64,000 nucleotides of DNA from Planktothrix sp. GU0601_MAG3 (GTDB lineage: Bacteria; Cyanobacteriota; Cyanobacteriia; Cyanobacteriales; Microcoleaceae). A program made the position numbers and the translations under genes. The notes beneath the pieces are model-generated. The model did not search any database. It saw only the letters and a program-made list of their open reading frames with translations, and was not told the DNA's origin. Position 1 is the first letter of the stretch. Each line of letters opens with the position of its first letter. Below are positions 23,138-34,946 of this stretch, one piece after another. Location of the stretch: positions 2,676,578-2,740,577 of the forward strand of contig CP136572.1 in NCBI GenBank assembly GCA_035193785.1, given 5' to 3'.

Positions 23138-23238
23138 TAGGAATATTTTTATAGTTTAATTATTTTTCTAATTCAGGATAGATGTCTCTAACTTATAGTG
23201 TATCATAGTAGGTTGATGCGATCGCAACTTCTCAAACC

Positions 23239-24163
23239 ATGAATCAATCCCCTATTATTCCAAGCCTTAGTGATTTGATAGAACCACTCATAAAAGCTCT
23301 AAAAACTTTAGGTGGTTCTGGAAACTGTTCAGGAAATTTATGATAAAGTCTGCGAACTTGGAAATTTTTCAGATGTTCAACAAAATATACTACATAAACA
23401 AGGGCCGAATACCGAAATAGCTTATCGTTTAGCTTGGGCTAGAACTAACTTAAGAATTTATGGCGCATTAGAAAATGTACGTCGAGGGGTCTGGTCTTTA
23501 ACCGAAAAAGGACGTAACCTCGAAGCAATTGATATTACAGAAATTAATAAAGTTATTCAGAAATCAACACAACAGAAATCTCAATTAATTTCAGGAAATA
23601 AAAATGATCAAGAAATAAAAATTACTCCCTCTAATATTGATTTTACGAATAATACGTCAGAGCATGAGTTTATAAAAATTAACGATCAAATTCCTATTTA
23701 CTCAGATATTTGGACAGAAAAACTATTGAAAATTTTACAACAAATTCCTCCCGATAGTTTTGAAAGATTATGTCAACGAATTTTAAGAGAATCTGGCTTT
23801 ATTAAAGTTGAAGTAACCGGAAGAAAAGGAGATGGGGGAATTGATGGAATTGGAGTCTTAAAAATTGCCCTTTTGAGTTTTCAAGTATTCTTTCAATGTA
23901 AACGTTATACGGGTTCTGTTGGCCCTTCTGAAATTCGGGATTTTCGAGGTGCTATGGTAGGAAGAACCGATAAAGGTTTATTTCTAACCACAGGAACTTT
24001 TACCAGTTCAGCCAAACAAGAAGCCACCCGTGACGGTGCGCCTGTATTGGATTTAATTGATGGGGAACAACTTTGTCAAATTCTCAAAGATTTGAATTTA
24101 GGAGTCGAAACCAAAATGATTGAAGTCGTTGAAATTGATCAAAATTGGTTTAATCATTTATAA
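23239..24163 (+). CDS. mrr: Mrr-family (Type IV) restriction endonuclease; frameshift ~23321
   Basis: Mrr_N winged helix (ALKTLGGSG, RLAWARTNL); catalytic GDGGIDG...QCKRY. Confidence 0.88.
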
Positions 24164-24221
24164 TTGCTATACTATAATTAAATACTAACCCAACCCTAAA
24201 ACACTTTACCTATTCTCGATT

Positions 24222-24985
24222 ATGCTTGTATTTTTTATTCATGGTGTCGCCACAAGAGATGCTGGCTACTCATCAAATTTACAAAAACTTATCAAAACAG
24301 AATTTAGTCACCGGGAAGAAAAGAATCCTCATTTTTACGCTAGTTTTTGGGGTTCTGCCTTAACAGATATGGGGAAAATATGGAATGGTATTGATGAAGA
24401 TTTAGCACACGCTAAAAAGAAATATTCCAAAAGTGATAGTGAAGAGTTTTTGAAATATCGATCGTTTAGAGAAGGTTTCTTTTCTCAATTTATGGGGGAT
24501 TTCTTTACCTATATGAATCCTGATAAGGGTCGAAAAATTCGCAAAACCATCGCTGAACAACTCTATGATTTTATCGAGGAAAACCCTAATAATTCTGAAC
24601 TTCATATTGTTGCCCATTCGTTAGGAAACTGTAATTCTATGGGATATTTTATTTTCAGATCGATTTTCAGCGAAAGACCCCGCTTTATCTATTCGAGCTA
24701 TGATTCGAGAATTGGAAAATCAGACAGATACAGATGTAAAACATGGCTTATCCTTTAAAAGCGAATTTACATCTGGCTGAAAATAGTTATCTAAAATTTG
24801 AAGATGAGTATTTATTAGAGGATGCTAACTGGGTTGAAAAAATAGCTAGAAATTTTGGTCAAAATGACTTAGCAATGGCTGTGAGTTCTAGTGATGCCCA
24901 TAATAGTTATTGGAATTGTCCTCACACTGCTAGATTAATTACTAATAATATTTTGAATCAACTTGACAATAATGGTTTAGTCTAA
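24222..24985 (+). pseudogene. Alpha/beta-hydrolase-like gene, copy 1 (internal deletion and C-terminal truncation)
   Basis: Paralog of 25118..26330 lacking ~165 bp after ~24742 and the C-terminal ~100 aa. Confidence 0.75.
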
Positions 24986-25117
24986 AAAAAATATTAAATC
25001 TCAAAACAAAAATGATTGAAGTTGTTGAAATTGATCAAAATTGGTTTAATCATTTATAATTTCTATACTATAATAAAATACTAACCCAACCCTAAAACAC
25101 TTTACCTATTCTCGATT

Positions 25118-26330
25118 ATGCTTGTATTTTTTATTCATGGTGTCGCCACAAGAGATGCTGGCTACTCATCAAATTTACAAAAACTTATCAAAACAGAATT
25201 TAGTCACCGGGAAGAAAAGAATCCTCATTTTTACGCTAGTTTTTGGGGTTCTGCCTTAACGGATATGGGAAAAATATGGAATGGTATTGATGAGGATTTA
25301 GCAGCCGTTAAAAAGAAATATCCTAAAATTTCTAGTGAAGAGATTTTTCGATATCGAACCTTTAGAGAAGGCTTATTTTCTCAATTTCTTGGAGATTTCT
25401 TTACCTATATGAATCCTGATAAGGGTCGAGAAATTCGCAAAACAATCGCTCAACAACTCTATAATTTTATTAAGGAAAACCCGAATGATTCTGAACTTCA
25501 TATTGTTGCCCATTCGTTAGGAAACTGTGATTCTATGGGATATTTTATTTTCAGATCGATTTTCAGCGAAAGACCCCGCTTTATCGATTCGAGCTATGAT
25601 TCGAGAATTGGAAAATCAGACAGATGTGAAACTTAAACATCAGGTTAATTTGAAGAGTATCACCCTTATGGGTTCGCCCATTTTATTGATTAACATGATG
25701 TTAGATGTGCGTCCCGAAAAAGTCGAGCAATTTGCTCATTCCTATTCTTCTGAACAGCCTTTAAGATGGCTCAATTTAATTCATCCTTCGGACTTAATTT
25801 CCTATCCCTTAAAAGCGAGTTTACATTTGGCTGAAAATAGTTATCTAAAATTTGAAGATGAGTATTTATTAGAGGATGTTAACTTGGCTGAAAAAACAGC
25901 TAGAAGTTTAGGTCAAAATGAATTAGCAATGGCTTTGGGTTCTAATGCCCATAAGAGTTATTGGAATTGTTCTGAAACTGCTAGATTAATTACTAATAAT
26001 ATTTTGAATCAACAAAAAGTGATTTTTCAAAATTTCTTAAAAACCGTAATTCACCATTTATCTCAAGTTAAGGGGATGACACCTATATCTCAAGTTATGG
26101 GAATTCAACTCAATTACCATAGCAAGAATATTTCAAAGGGAGATCTTTATTTGAAACTTCCTGATAAAAGTGGGGAAATTTATTTATTTATTAATGCTAT
26201 TAACGTGCATCATGTTTATGTATTAGATAGTGATGATGAACTGCAATTCGGTGGCTATGTGGGTTGGATAGATCAGGAGGGGTTAATGAAAAAACTAGAG
26301 TTAATAAAGGGTTTGATGATTGACCGTTAA
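25118..26330 (+). CDS. Alpha/beta-hydrolase-fold protein, copy 2; frameshift ~25521
   Basis: FFIHGV, AHSLG nucleophile elbow, ITLMGSP, HPSDLI. Confidence 0.75.
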
Positions 26331-26475
26331 TTTATTTAATTGTAATGGATAACATAATGATCATAACTCATCTAAAACCAATAATAATCTCCTGAAAATT
26401 ATCATTAATTCTTCGTCAAAGTTATGGAATTTAAAATATTATTATCCCTGGCAAATTACGGAAGTATTTACTTGG

Positions 26476-26498
26476 CGAGCGAGGACACTCGCACTACA
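26476..26498 (-). repeat. GTAG-type REP hairpin (second family)
   Basis: GTAGTGCGAGTGTCCTCGCTCGC on the minus strand. Confidence 0.5.
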
Positions 26499-26505
26499 CT
26501 TAATA

Positions 26506-27141
26506 TCAAGTGGCGGTAATTCTCACCCCTTCAAATAATGCCACCGCACTAAAAATAAGGAATAGAAAACCTCCGATAGCCGTAATAGTGCGTTCTGAAA
26601 TTTTTCCCTCAATTAATTTCCCTCCTAATACCGCAATAGCCGCACAAATAGTATGGCCAACAATTCCCCCAATAATCACTCCTACAGGATTATGAAATGT
26701 TGCTAATGCAATCGTCGCAATTTGGGTGCGATCGCCCCATTCTGCCACAAAAGTTAACACAAAAGCTTCTAATAAAACTCCCCATTTACTTTTCCGTTTA
26801 GGAAACTGATTTTCGGCTTTTTCTACTGCTTCTAACGCTTCTTCTTGTTCATCACTAATCCCTGCACCTTTCGGCATTTTACTGGCATCATATAACAACT
26901 TAAATCCAAATAAAGCAAACAAAATAATCTCAGCATAATGAATATAAATCTGAGGTAAGAAAGAAAATATCCGCCCCACACAAACCGAAAGAACTGTCAT
27001 TGTTGCCAAGGCAGCTACTACCCCGATAAAAACCAATTTTCTATCATTTTTTAAAGATAAAATAACCGCGATAAAAAAGGTTTTATCCCCAAGTTCAGAA
27101 ATAGTAATCAGTAAGAGTGCAGCCGTAAAAGCAGTGAGCAT
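26506..27141 (-). CDS. TMEM165/GDT1 (UPF0016) Mn/Ca transporter
   Basis: Paired ELGDKT and EWGDRT motifs. Confidence 0.92.
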   Translation of the reverse strand: MLTAFTAALLLITISELGDKTFFIAVILSLKNDRKLVFIGVVAALATMTVLSVCVGRIFSFLPQIYIHYAEIILFALFGFKLLYDASKMPKGAGISDEQEEALEAVEKAENQFPKRKSKWGVLLEAFVLTFVAEWGDRTQIATIALATFHNPVGVIIGGIVGHTICAAIAVLGGKLIEGKISERTITAIGGFLFLIFSAVALFEGVRITAT

Positions 27142-27548
27142 AATTTCAATATTAAGAAATAGGATAGTTGAAAGCACAGGATTAGGCTTTGCTTCTGATT
27201 AGTTTATCAGAAAATCCCTGAATATTTAAGTATTTTTATAGATTTAAAATTATCATTTTATTCATAAATGAATCACAATATTTTCATAATTAATTCATTT
27301 TTATTTAGCCCATAAAATTTCAATAAAAATCTTTTAAAAATGCCATCCTTAAATCCTTTATCCCTAGAGTTGGCTAAAATGATCAGCGAATCCATCATTT
27401 CCCTAACACATTTCCCTAACAAAATTTATAAAACAGGACTTCCCCTTGGTCGTAAGATCAGAAGATGGATCTAATCCGTTGATGTGATGTTCAATGGCAA
27501 CTTGAATTGATCCCTGGCAAATTTGTATAACCCCTATCGTTAATCCTT

Positions 27549-29045
27549 ATGTCATTTCCCCGTTCTAGCGGTATCCTGCTGCACCCCACATCCTTACCCA
27601 GTCCCTTTGGCGTTGGAGATATTGGCCCGGTTTCCTATCAATTCGTGGATTTTTTAAAACAAAGTGCCCAAAAACTTTGGCAAGTCCTACCCCTTGGCCC
27701 CACTGGATTTGGCAATTCTCCTTATTTATCCTATTCTGCCTTTGCGGGGAATCCCTTATTAATTAGTTTAGAATTCTTAAAAGAGGATGAATTATTAACC
27801 GATGAAGACTTAGCAAATCCGCCCCATTTCCCCCATCATATTGTTGATTTTGATGCGGTTAAAACCTTTAAAGAAAAACTGTTTCACCAAGCTTGTGTTA
27901 CATTCAAAGCCAACGCTACAAAGGAACAAGAAGAAGAATTTAATCAATTCTGTTCTCGCAGTAACTATTGGTTAGATGATTACGCCATTTTTATGTCACT
28001 TAAAGAGACATTCCATGGAGAAAGTTGGAACCAATGGGAAGCAGGAATTGCCCTACGCAAACAGGAATATCTACATAAATGGGGAGAAAAGTTAGCTAAA
28101 CCCATTTATTACCATAAATTTCTCCAATTTCAATTCTTCAAACAATGGTCAAAACTCAAACAGTATGCCAATGAACAAGGCATCCAAATTTTTGGAGATT
28201 TAGCGATTTACGTTGCCCATGATAGTGCTGATGTTTGGTCACATCCTGAAATATTTTGTTTAGATGAAGAAACCGGAGAAGCTGCATTAATGGCTGGAGT
28301 TCCACCGGATTATTTTAGTGCCACAGGTCAATTGTGGGGAAATCCGGTTTATAATTGGGAACGTTTACAACAGGATGGATTCTATTGGTGGCTACAACGA
28401 ATTGAATCTTTATTAGGCTATTTAGATTTAGTTAGAATTGATCATTTTCGCGGTTTAGAATCATTTTGGGCCGTTCCTCAAGGGGAAACAACGGCTATGA
28501 ATGGTCAATGGGTAGACGCACCGGGAAATGCCTTTTTTAGCTTATTAAATGAGAAATTAGGCGAATTACCGATTATCGCCGAAGATTTGGGAGTTATCAC
28601 CCAAGAAGTGGAAGAATTGCGGGATAAATATGGTTTACCCGGCATGAAAATCCTACATTTTGCCTTTGATTCCGGGTCAGGTAATCCCTATTTACCCTAT
28701 AATTACGGTTCAGCTAATTGGGTGGTTTATACCGGAACCCATGATAACGATACAACGGTGGGTTGGTTTAACCGTCGGAGTTTACAAGAACAGGCCCGAG
28801 TCACCCGCTATTTAGGCTGTACCTCCGGTTATGGCATTCATTGGGATTTAATTCGGTTAGCCATGTCCTGTGTGGCAAATCAAGCGATTTTCCCCCTCCA
28901 GGATATTTTAGGTTTGGGGAGTGAAGCTAAAATGAATATGCCAGGGGAAGCTGACGGTAACTGGGCTTGGCGTTTTCAACCGGGAGTTTTAACCGCAGAA
29001 ATCGGAGAGCGCCTCAAATTCCTCACGGAAACCTACGGCCGTTAA
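27549..29045 (+). CDS. malQ: 4-alpha-glucanotransferase (GH77)
   Basis: SGILLHPTSLP, RIDHFRG, AEDLG, YTGTHDNDT. Confidence 0.95.
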   Translation: MSFPRSSGILLHPTSLPSPFGVGDIGPVSYQFVDFLKQSAQKLWQVLPLGPTGFGNSPYLSYSAFAGNPLLISLEFLKEDELLTDEDLANPPHFPHHIVDFDAVKTFKEKLFHQACVTFKANATKEQEEEFNQFCSRSNYWLDDYAIFMSLKETFHGESWNQWEAGIALRKQEYLHKWGEKLAKPIYYHKFLQFQFFKQWSKLKQYANEQGIQIFGDLAIYVAHDSADVWSHPEIFCLDEETGEAALMAGVPPDYFSATGQLWGNPVYNWERLQQDGFYWWLQRIESLLGYLDLVRIDHFRGLESFWAVPQGETTAMNGQWVDAPGNAFFSLLNEKLGELPIIAEDLGVITQEVEELRDKYGLPGMKILHFAFDSGSGNPYLPYNYGSANWVVYTGTHDNDTTVGWFNRRSLQEQARVTRYLGCTSGYGIHWDLIRLAMSCVANQAIFPLQDILGLGSEAKMNMPGEADGNWAWRFQPGVLTAEIGERLKFLTETYGR

Positions 29046-29046
29046 A

Positions 29047-29160
29047 TCAGTTATCAGTTGTAGGGGCGGGTTCATCCAGATGCGCGGTGATTAACAAAGA
29101 TCTAAAATAACCCGCCCGTACCAGCAGACGCGCCATGGCACGTCTCTACACTGATAACTG
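29047..29160. repeat. Composite REP cluster (66-bp GTAGGGGCGGGTT hairpin + GTAGAGACG REP + heptamers)
   Basis: GTAGGGGCGGGTT...AACCCGCCCGTAC directly followed by CAGACGCGCCATGGCACGTCTCTAC, flanked by ATCAGTT/CTGATAA. Confidence 0.75.
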
Positions 29161-29173
29161 GGGAAGGTGGGAA

Positions 29174-30093
29174 TTAGAGTTTGGATAAATCTTCGGCTTT
29201 GAAGACTACTTCTTCTACCCGACCGGGTTCACCAAGACGTTTGGCTTCTCCGTTATTAACGGTTACTAGAACTCCTCCAGCATTTCCCGCCACGACAACT
29301 ACATTATCTTTTGCTTTCCATCGACGTTTCTGTTCCCCCTGCTAACGTCCCTTCAAATTCTGTTTTCCCATCGACCTCAATCAAAACCCAGGAGGTATCT
29401 TTAACCACAATACCTATCTCTACAGCCTTATCCGTTGTTGACTGCTTAGGGGGATTGGTTTCTGGCACTTTTTCTGTTATTGCTGCCTTTGGAGTTGTTG
29501 CTTTTGGAGTCGTCGCTGGGGTAGCAGAAACTAATTGACTCGGGGGTTTAGTTTTCGGTGGAATGACGGCCTGACGGATTTGAGGATTAACCTCCGGTGG
29601 GTTGGGTGTAGCAATGGGTTCACTGGATACACCCGCAAAATTAGCGGTTTTATTCAGATAAGAAACCCCACTAATTGCACAAATAATTAATAGGATATAA
29701 GTTAAGTAAAGATGGGTGGGTCTTAATTGGGGAAGGGTCAACGAATTGAGTTTTGATGTCATCCCCACTTGTTGAGGTTCGGGGAGAAAAAAGTTAGCTA
29801 GTTCTACTCCATTTAAACCCAAAGCATCCGCATAGGTACGGATTAAACCCTGAGTATAAACGGGTTCTGGTAGTTGTTCTGTCCTAGCTTCTTCTAAAGA
29901 TTGTAATAAATGGGAACGGATTCGAGTGTAAGCCGCTACCATATCTAAAGAGAGGGAATGACCCTGACGGGTTTCCCTGAGTTGTCCTCCAATTTCTACT
30001 AAGCGCTGAATCAGTTTCAGCATCATAGGAATTAAAGGTTGGGCTAGGATTTTTAGCCATTTTAAACGGTAAGACAAATAAATCAGTTTTCAT
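29174..30093 (-). CDS. RodZ-like HTH / DUF4115 membrane protein; frameshifts ~30014 and ~29326
   Basis: GGQLRETR...LPEPVY...YADALGL HTH, one TM helix, repaired C-terminus VAGNAGGV; start could be 30060. Confidence 0.8.
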
Positions 30094-30099
30094 AATCAT

Positions 30100-30894
30100 T
30101 TACTCCTTGATATCTACAGGGTGAACGGGCACACTAACCAATGGGGATGAAATGGGATTTCGTAAAAACTCAATTTCCCAGGCACTCAGAGAACGATACT
30201 GACCCTCTGGCAATGGGGATTGTCCAGGGGGTTGAAGTTGGATTGAGCCAATAGCAGTTCGGTGTAGTTTGACAACCGGATAACCCAACTGTTCGGCGAC
30301 TCGGCGAATTTGCCGATTTCTCCCCTCGTATAAAATCACTTCTAACAAGGTCTGGTGATCAGGATTTTGTTGGATACACCGAACTTGAGCAGGTAGTGTT
30401 TTTTTCCCTTCTAATAGGACACCCTGACGCCAAGCCTGTAATATTGAATCCGGTGGATTTCCAGCAACCCAGACTTGATAAGTTTTAGGAATGAAATGAC
30501 GAGGATGAGTTAAACGAAAGGTTAATTCTCCATCGTTAGTCAGTAGTAATGCCCCTGTAGAATCGACATCTAAGCGTCCAACTGGATGAATCCCTTGACC
30601 CACCCGCATTTTACGCGGAAGTAGATCCAAAACTACCGGTCGTCCGTTAGGGTCTAAACAAGTCGATACAACTCCTATGGGTTTATTGAGTAATAAGTAG
30701 ACTGGCGCAGGTCGGTAGGAGGGGTGAATTTGCTTCCCATCAACCTCAATTTGATCGCAATTCGGATCGGCTTTTTGTCCCAACTGGGCTAAATTTCCAT
30801 TCACCCGCACCCGTCCCGCTTGAATCATTTCTTCAGCGTGACGCCGGGAGGCAATGCCCCATTGAGCCATAATTTTTTGTAGCCTTTCATCCAT
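30100..30894 (-). CDS. rRNA pseudouridine synthase (RsuA/RluB family)
   Basis: S4 domain [23 protein letters not shown]. Confidence 0.92.
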   Translation of the reverse strand: MDERLQKIMAQWGIASRRHAEEMIQAGRVRVNGNLAQLGQKADPNCDQIEVDGKQIHPSYRPAPVYLLLNKPIGVVSTCLDPNGRPVVLDLLPRKMRVGQGIHPVGRLDVDSTGALLLTNDGELTFRLTHPRHFIPKTYQVWVAGNPPDSILQAWRQGVLLEGKKTLPAQVRCIQQNPDHQTLLEVILYEGRNRQIRRVAEQLGYPVVKLHRTAIGSIQLQPPGQSPLPEGQYRSLSAWEIEFLRNPISSPLVSVPVHPVDIKE

Positions 30895-31052
30895 GCTGAT
30901 CGGTAACTGTCGTTGACTACGGGCGGATTTGGTCAAAACCACGGTCGGGTTTTGTCATAAGTCGGGAGACTATGTACAAATATTACAGCAATCCGCAATT
31001 AATCCTACTATCAATCTGAGTTAGGTGTGGAATAATGTGGAAGTGATTTGGA

Positions 31053-31817
31053 GTGGCTATGGCATTTATTCAGACTGGGGCCAAACCCTTGATTGGAAGT
31101 CTATTATCGACGGCAATTGGGCTTTGGTTGCGATCGCAAGTTGATCAAATTGATCACCTAAAACTCAATATCGAAGGTAGTAATCGTTCTCTCCTCTCCG
31201 GGGATATTCCAGGGGTGTCCGTCGTGGCGGAGAATGCCATCTATCAGGGTTTACATATCACCCAAGTCCAATTACAAGGCTCAAATATTCGATTTAATCT
31301 GGGTCAAATTTTGAAAGGCCAACCTTTGCACCTGTTAGACGCTTTTTTTGTGACGGGAAATCTACACTTGAATCAATCGGATCTGAATCAATCCCTACAA
31401 GCTCCGATGTTAGTCCAGGCATTAAACGAGTTTGTCTTGTCTCTGTTGACCGCCTTGACCCACTCCCCATCCCCATCTTCCTATAATTCCCAACGGGGGC
31501 AAAATGACTCTTGGGTACAATCGGTTCAACGGATTCAAGACCCCCAAATTACCCTAGAAACCGATCATCTAATTTTAAACGCCCAACTGCTTTTCGACTC
31601 CGGTGAACTATTATCTTTTCAGTTAAAAACCGGATTAGAAATTGCTAATTTCCGTGAACTGATGTTTGTTCAGCCCCAAGTCCAAATTTATGACACTGAC
31701 ACCGAACTTCACTCAGATAATTATATCATTGATTTGGGTTCCGACATCAAAATCCAAGACTTAATTTTATCCCCTGAATTACTGGAAATTCAAGCCACAC
31801 TCAAAGTCAATCCCTAA
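31053..31817 (+). CDS. DUF2993 / LmeA-like protein
   Basis: LWLRSQV...LLSG...AIYQGL pattern of cyanobacterial DUF2993 proteins. Confidence 0.7.
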   Translation: MAMAFIQTGAKPLIGSLLSTAIGLWLRSQVDQIDHLKLNIEGSNRSLLSGDIPGVSVVAENAIYQGLHITQVQLQGSNIRFNLGQILKGQPLHLLDAFFVTGNLHLNQSDLNQSLQAPMLVQALNEFVLSLLTALTHSPSPSSYNSQRGQNDSWVQSVQRIQDPQITLETDHLILNAQLLFDSGELLSFQLKTGLEIANFRELMFVQPQVQIYDTDTELHSDNYIIDLGSDIKIQDLILSPELLEIQATLKVNP

Positions 31818-31854
31818 TTTCAAAGTCTGCAATTATTACAACCACAAATCAGTT

Positions 31855-31941
31855 ATTACCCATTACCCATTACCCATTACCCATTACCCATTACCCATTA
31901 CCCATTACCCATTACCCATTACCCATTACCCATTACCCATT
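31855..31941. repeat. Heptamer tandem repeat (ATTACCC) x12, STRR-type
   Basis: Direct reading; lies between convergent genes. Confidence 0.95.
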
Positions 31942-31943
31942 CT

Positions 31944-32490
31944 TTAAGGTTGCAATGTGGAAACTAACGGCCAAGTCTTAATGATAAAGATAACAACCGC
32001 AACAATTCCTAAAACCAATTCAATCACATTACCTAAAATTGAACCGATAAAAACACCAATACTAGCCTTAAAAGCCGGCTTGATTCGCTCCGTTAATTTA
32101 ACATCCCGTTGATAGAAAAATTCCCCAATAAAAGCTCCCAAAATCGGCCCAATTAAAACCCCTAATAACGGCCCTCCAAAGGGTAAAGCGGGTAAAAGTC
32201 CAAATAATCCCACAATCAGTCCAATAATTGCTCCCAACTGCGCCCATTTACTCGCCCCAAACTGTTGCAATCCAAAAATTGTCGCTAAATAGACAATCAC
32301 CATACTCACAATTAAAATTGAAATTACCACAATCATCGAACCCACAATTCCCGTGAATTTTGTAGCAATTCCCCAAACTAAAATAGCTCCTAAAATTAAA
32401 CTGGTTTCCGGGTAATAAGGGAACAACAATTCCAATAATCCCGACCATCATCAAAGCAATCACAATCCAATACAAAACCCAATAGTTCAT
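31944..32490 (-). CDS. DUF456 family membrane protein; frameshift ~32404
   Basis: GIVVPLLPG, FGASKW, GPILGAFIGE. Confidence 0.85.
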
Positions 32491-32800
32491 GAATTCAAGC
32501 CCCAAGCGATTGCTTTCCAATTAATCTGCACGACTATACTTAATATTAACCCTCTTTTTTAACTATGGGGTATTTGAACCCAATTAAGCCCTTTCAACAA
32601 ACGTCAAAAATATTTAATAATAAATAGCCACAAAGTCTGATTAATCAAGACAATGGCTATCTTTTGCTGTTAATAAATATTAAAATTTTTCATTCTTAAT
32701 ATTTCCAACTTATCCAATAAAAATCAGAGATAATTTGACGGGAAAACTTGATGATTTTTTTAAAGATAGCAATGGTAGGGACTAATTATTACCATTTATT

Positions 32801-32843
32801 ACTCCCCCTTACCTAGTAGGGAAGGGGGTTGGGGGGGTTAGGT
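32801..32843. repeat. Dispersed palindromic repeat / terminator-like element downstream of typA
   Basis: CCCCCTTACCTAGTAGGGAAGGGGG hairpin plus GGGGGGTTAGG tail. Confidence 0.5.
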
Positions 32844-32867
32844 CACAAACGATATCTCAAGAAAAAG

Positions 32868-34659
32868 TTAACGTTTGACTAACTTCTTGCTGAGTTTCCG
32901 CAGACGAATAGACTTAGGAGTAACTTCCACCAGTTCATCATGGCTAATATACTCTAAAGCCCGTTCCAAACTCATCTCCACAGGCGCTTGTAACTGCACC
33001 AGTTCATCCCCCGTGGCGGCCCGATGGTTGGTCAATTGTTTGGTTTTACAGACATTCAGTTCTAAATCTTGGGGACGGTTGTTTTCCCCCACAATCATGC
33101 CTCTGTATACCTTAGTCCCGGGGGTAATAAAGAACACCCCTCGGTCTTCCGCGTTTCTCATGGCATAGAAGGTACTCACCCCTTCCTCAAAGGAAATTAA
33201 CACCCCATTCCGACGGGCTTCAATATCCCCCGACAGGGCGCGATATTCCAGGAAACTATGGTTCATAATCCCTTCCCCGCGAGTCATCCGCATGAATTCC
33301 CCTCGGAACCCAATTAAACCCCGGGCAGGCACAACAAAATCCAATTGAGTCCGGCCATTACCCCCAACTAACATATCCTGCATTTCCGCCCGCCGTTGAC
33401 CTAAGCGTTCAATACAGCTACCTACGCCATCTTCGGGCACATCCAACACCAAATATTCAAAGGGTTCAAAGGGTTGGCCATTGATTTCGCGGTAAATCAC
33501 CTGGGGTTGGGAAACCTGGAATTCGTAGCCTTCCCGACGCATATTTTCAATTAAAATACCCAAGTGCAGTTCCCCCCGTCCCGACACCAAGAACTTATCG
33601 GGGGAGTCGGTTTCTTCCACCCGCAGGGCAACATTAGTTTCTAATTCTCGCATTAACCGATCACGAACTTGCCGAGAAGTAACAAAACTGCCTTCCTGTC
33701 CCGCAAAGGGGGAGTCATTCACCGAGAAGGTCATTTGTAAGGTCGGTTTCATCAACTTTAATTAAGGGTAAGGCTTGGGGGTCGTTGGGACAGGTAATGG
33801 TTTCCCCAATATTGGCATCACTAAACCCGGCCACCGCCACAATATTTCCCGCCGAGGCTTCTTGCAGGTCGATGCGTTTTAAGCCTTCAAACCCCATTAA
33901 TTTGGAGATTTTGCTCTTAACCATACTGCCATCTTCTTTGATTAAAACCGCCTGCTGTCCAGATTTAATTACACCATTATGGATTTTCCCAATCACAATT
34001 CGCCCGACATATTCAGAATAATCCAGGGTTGTGACCTGCATTTGCAGGGGTTTTTCCGGGTCTCCCACTGGGGGCGGAACATATTCCAGGATATACTCAA
34101 ACATCGGCTGCATATCGGGGCTTTCATCCTCTAGGGTGCGCTTGGCAAAGCCTCCTAAACCCGAAGCAAACAGATAGGGGAATTCGCATTGGTCATCATC
34201 GGCGCCGAGTTCTAAGAATAAATCTAAGACTTTATCCACGGCTGTGTGCGGTTCCGCTCGGTGACGGTCGATTTTATTAATCACCACAATTGGGCGCAGT
34301 CCTTTTTCCAGGGCTTTTTTCAGCACAAAACGGGTTTGAGGCATGGGCCCCTCGTTGGCATCGACGATTAAAATACAACCGTCCACCATCCCTAAAACCC
34401 GTTCCACTTCGCCCCCAAAGTCGGCGTGACCTGGGGTATCGATAATATTAATAACGGTCTCTTTATAGCGAACTGCGGTATTTTTAGATAGAATTGTGAT
34501 CCCACGTTCCCGTTCAATATCATTAGAGTCCATGACGCAATCTGGAACCTCTTCCCCTTCACGGAAAATGCCAGATTGTCTGAGAAGTGCGTCCACAAGG
34601 GTCGTTTTGCCGTGATCGACGTGGGCAATAATTGCTACGTTGCGAATGGGGAGAGACAT
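32868..34659 (-). CDS. typA: Translational GTPase TypA/BipA; frameshift ~33746
   Basis: [41 protein letters not shown]. Confidence 0.96.
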
Positions 34660-34946
34660 AAGTTAGGTCTAGGTAACAGAATTTTTGGAAAATTGTCAAT
34701 ATTGTTCCAATCTATTAATAATTGTAACGCATCTGCGATCGCATGGGTAGTATTTTTGGGCAAAAAGCCACAAAATTTAGCCCGAACTCCTTATCAGGGG
34801 AACTCAACATTAGGAGTCGGTCAAAAAAATTAACGATCTTATTAACGACATAAATATTAAGTTTCTGGGAATTATTTTTAATTAAGATATAATAGTCATA
34901 AGTGAAATTTTAATCTATTTTACTCAATGAGTATCAATAAAAAAGT

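Noticed and set aside
27142..27548. yybP-ykoY Mn riboswitch upstream of the UPF0016 gene
   Set aside because: AT-rich region without the conserved motifs that I could identify
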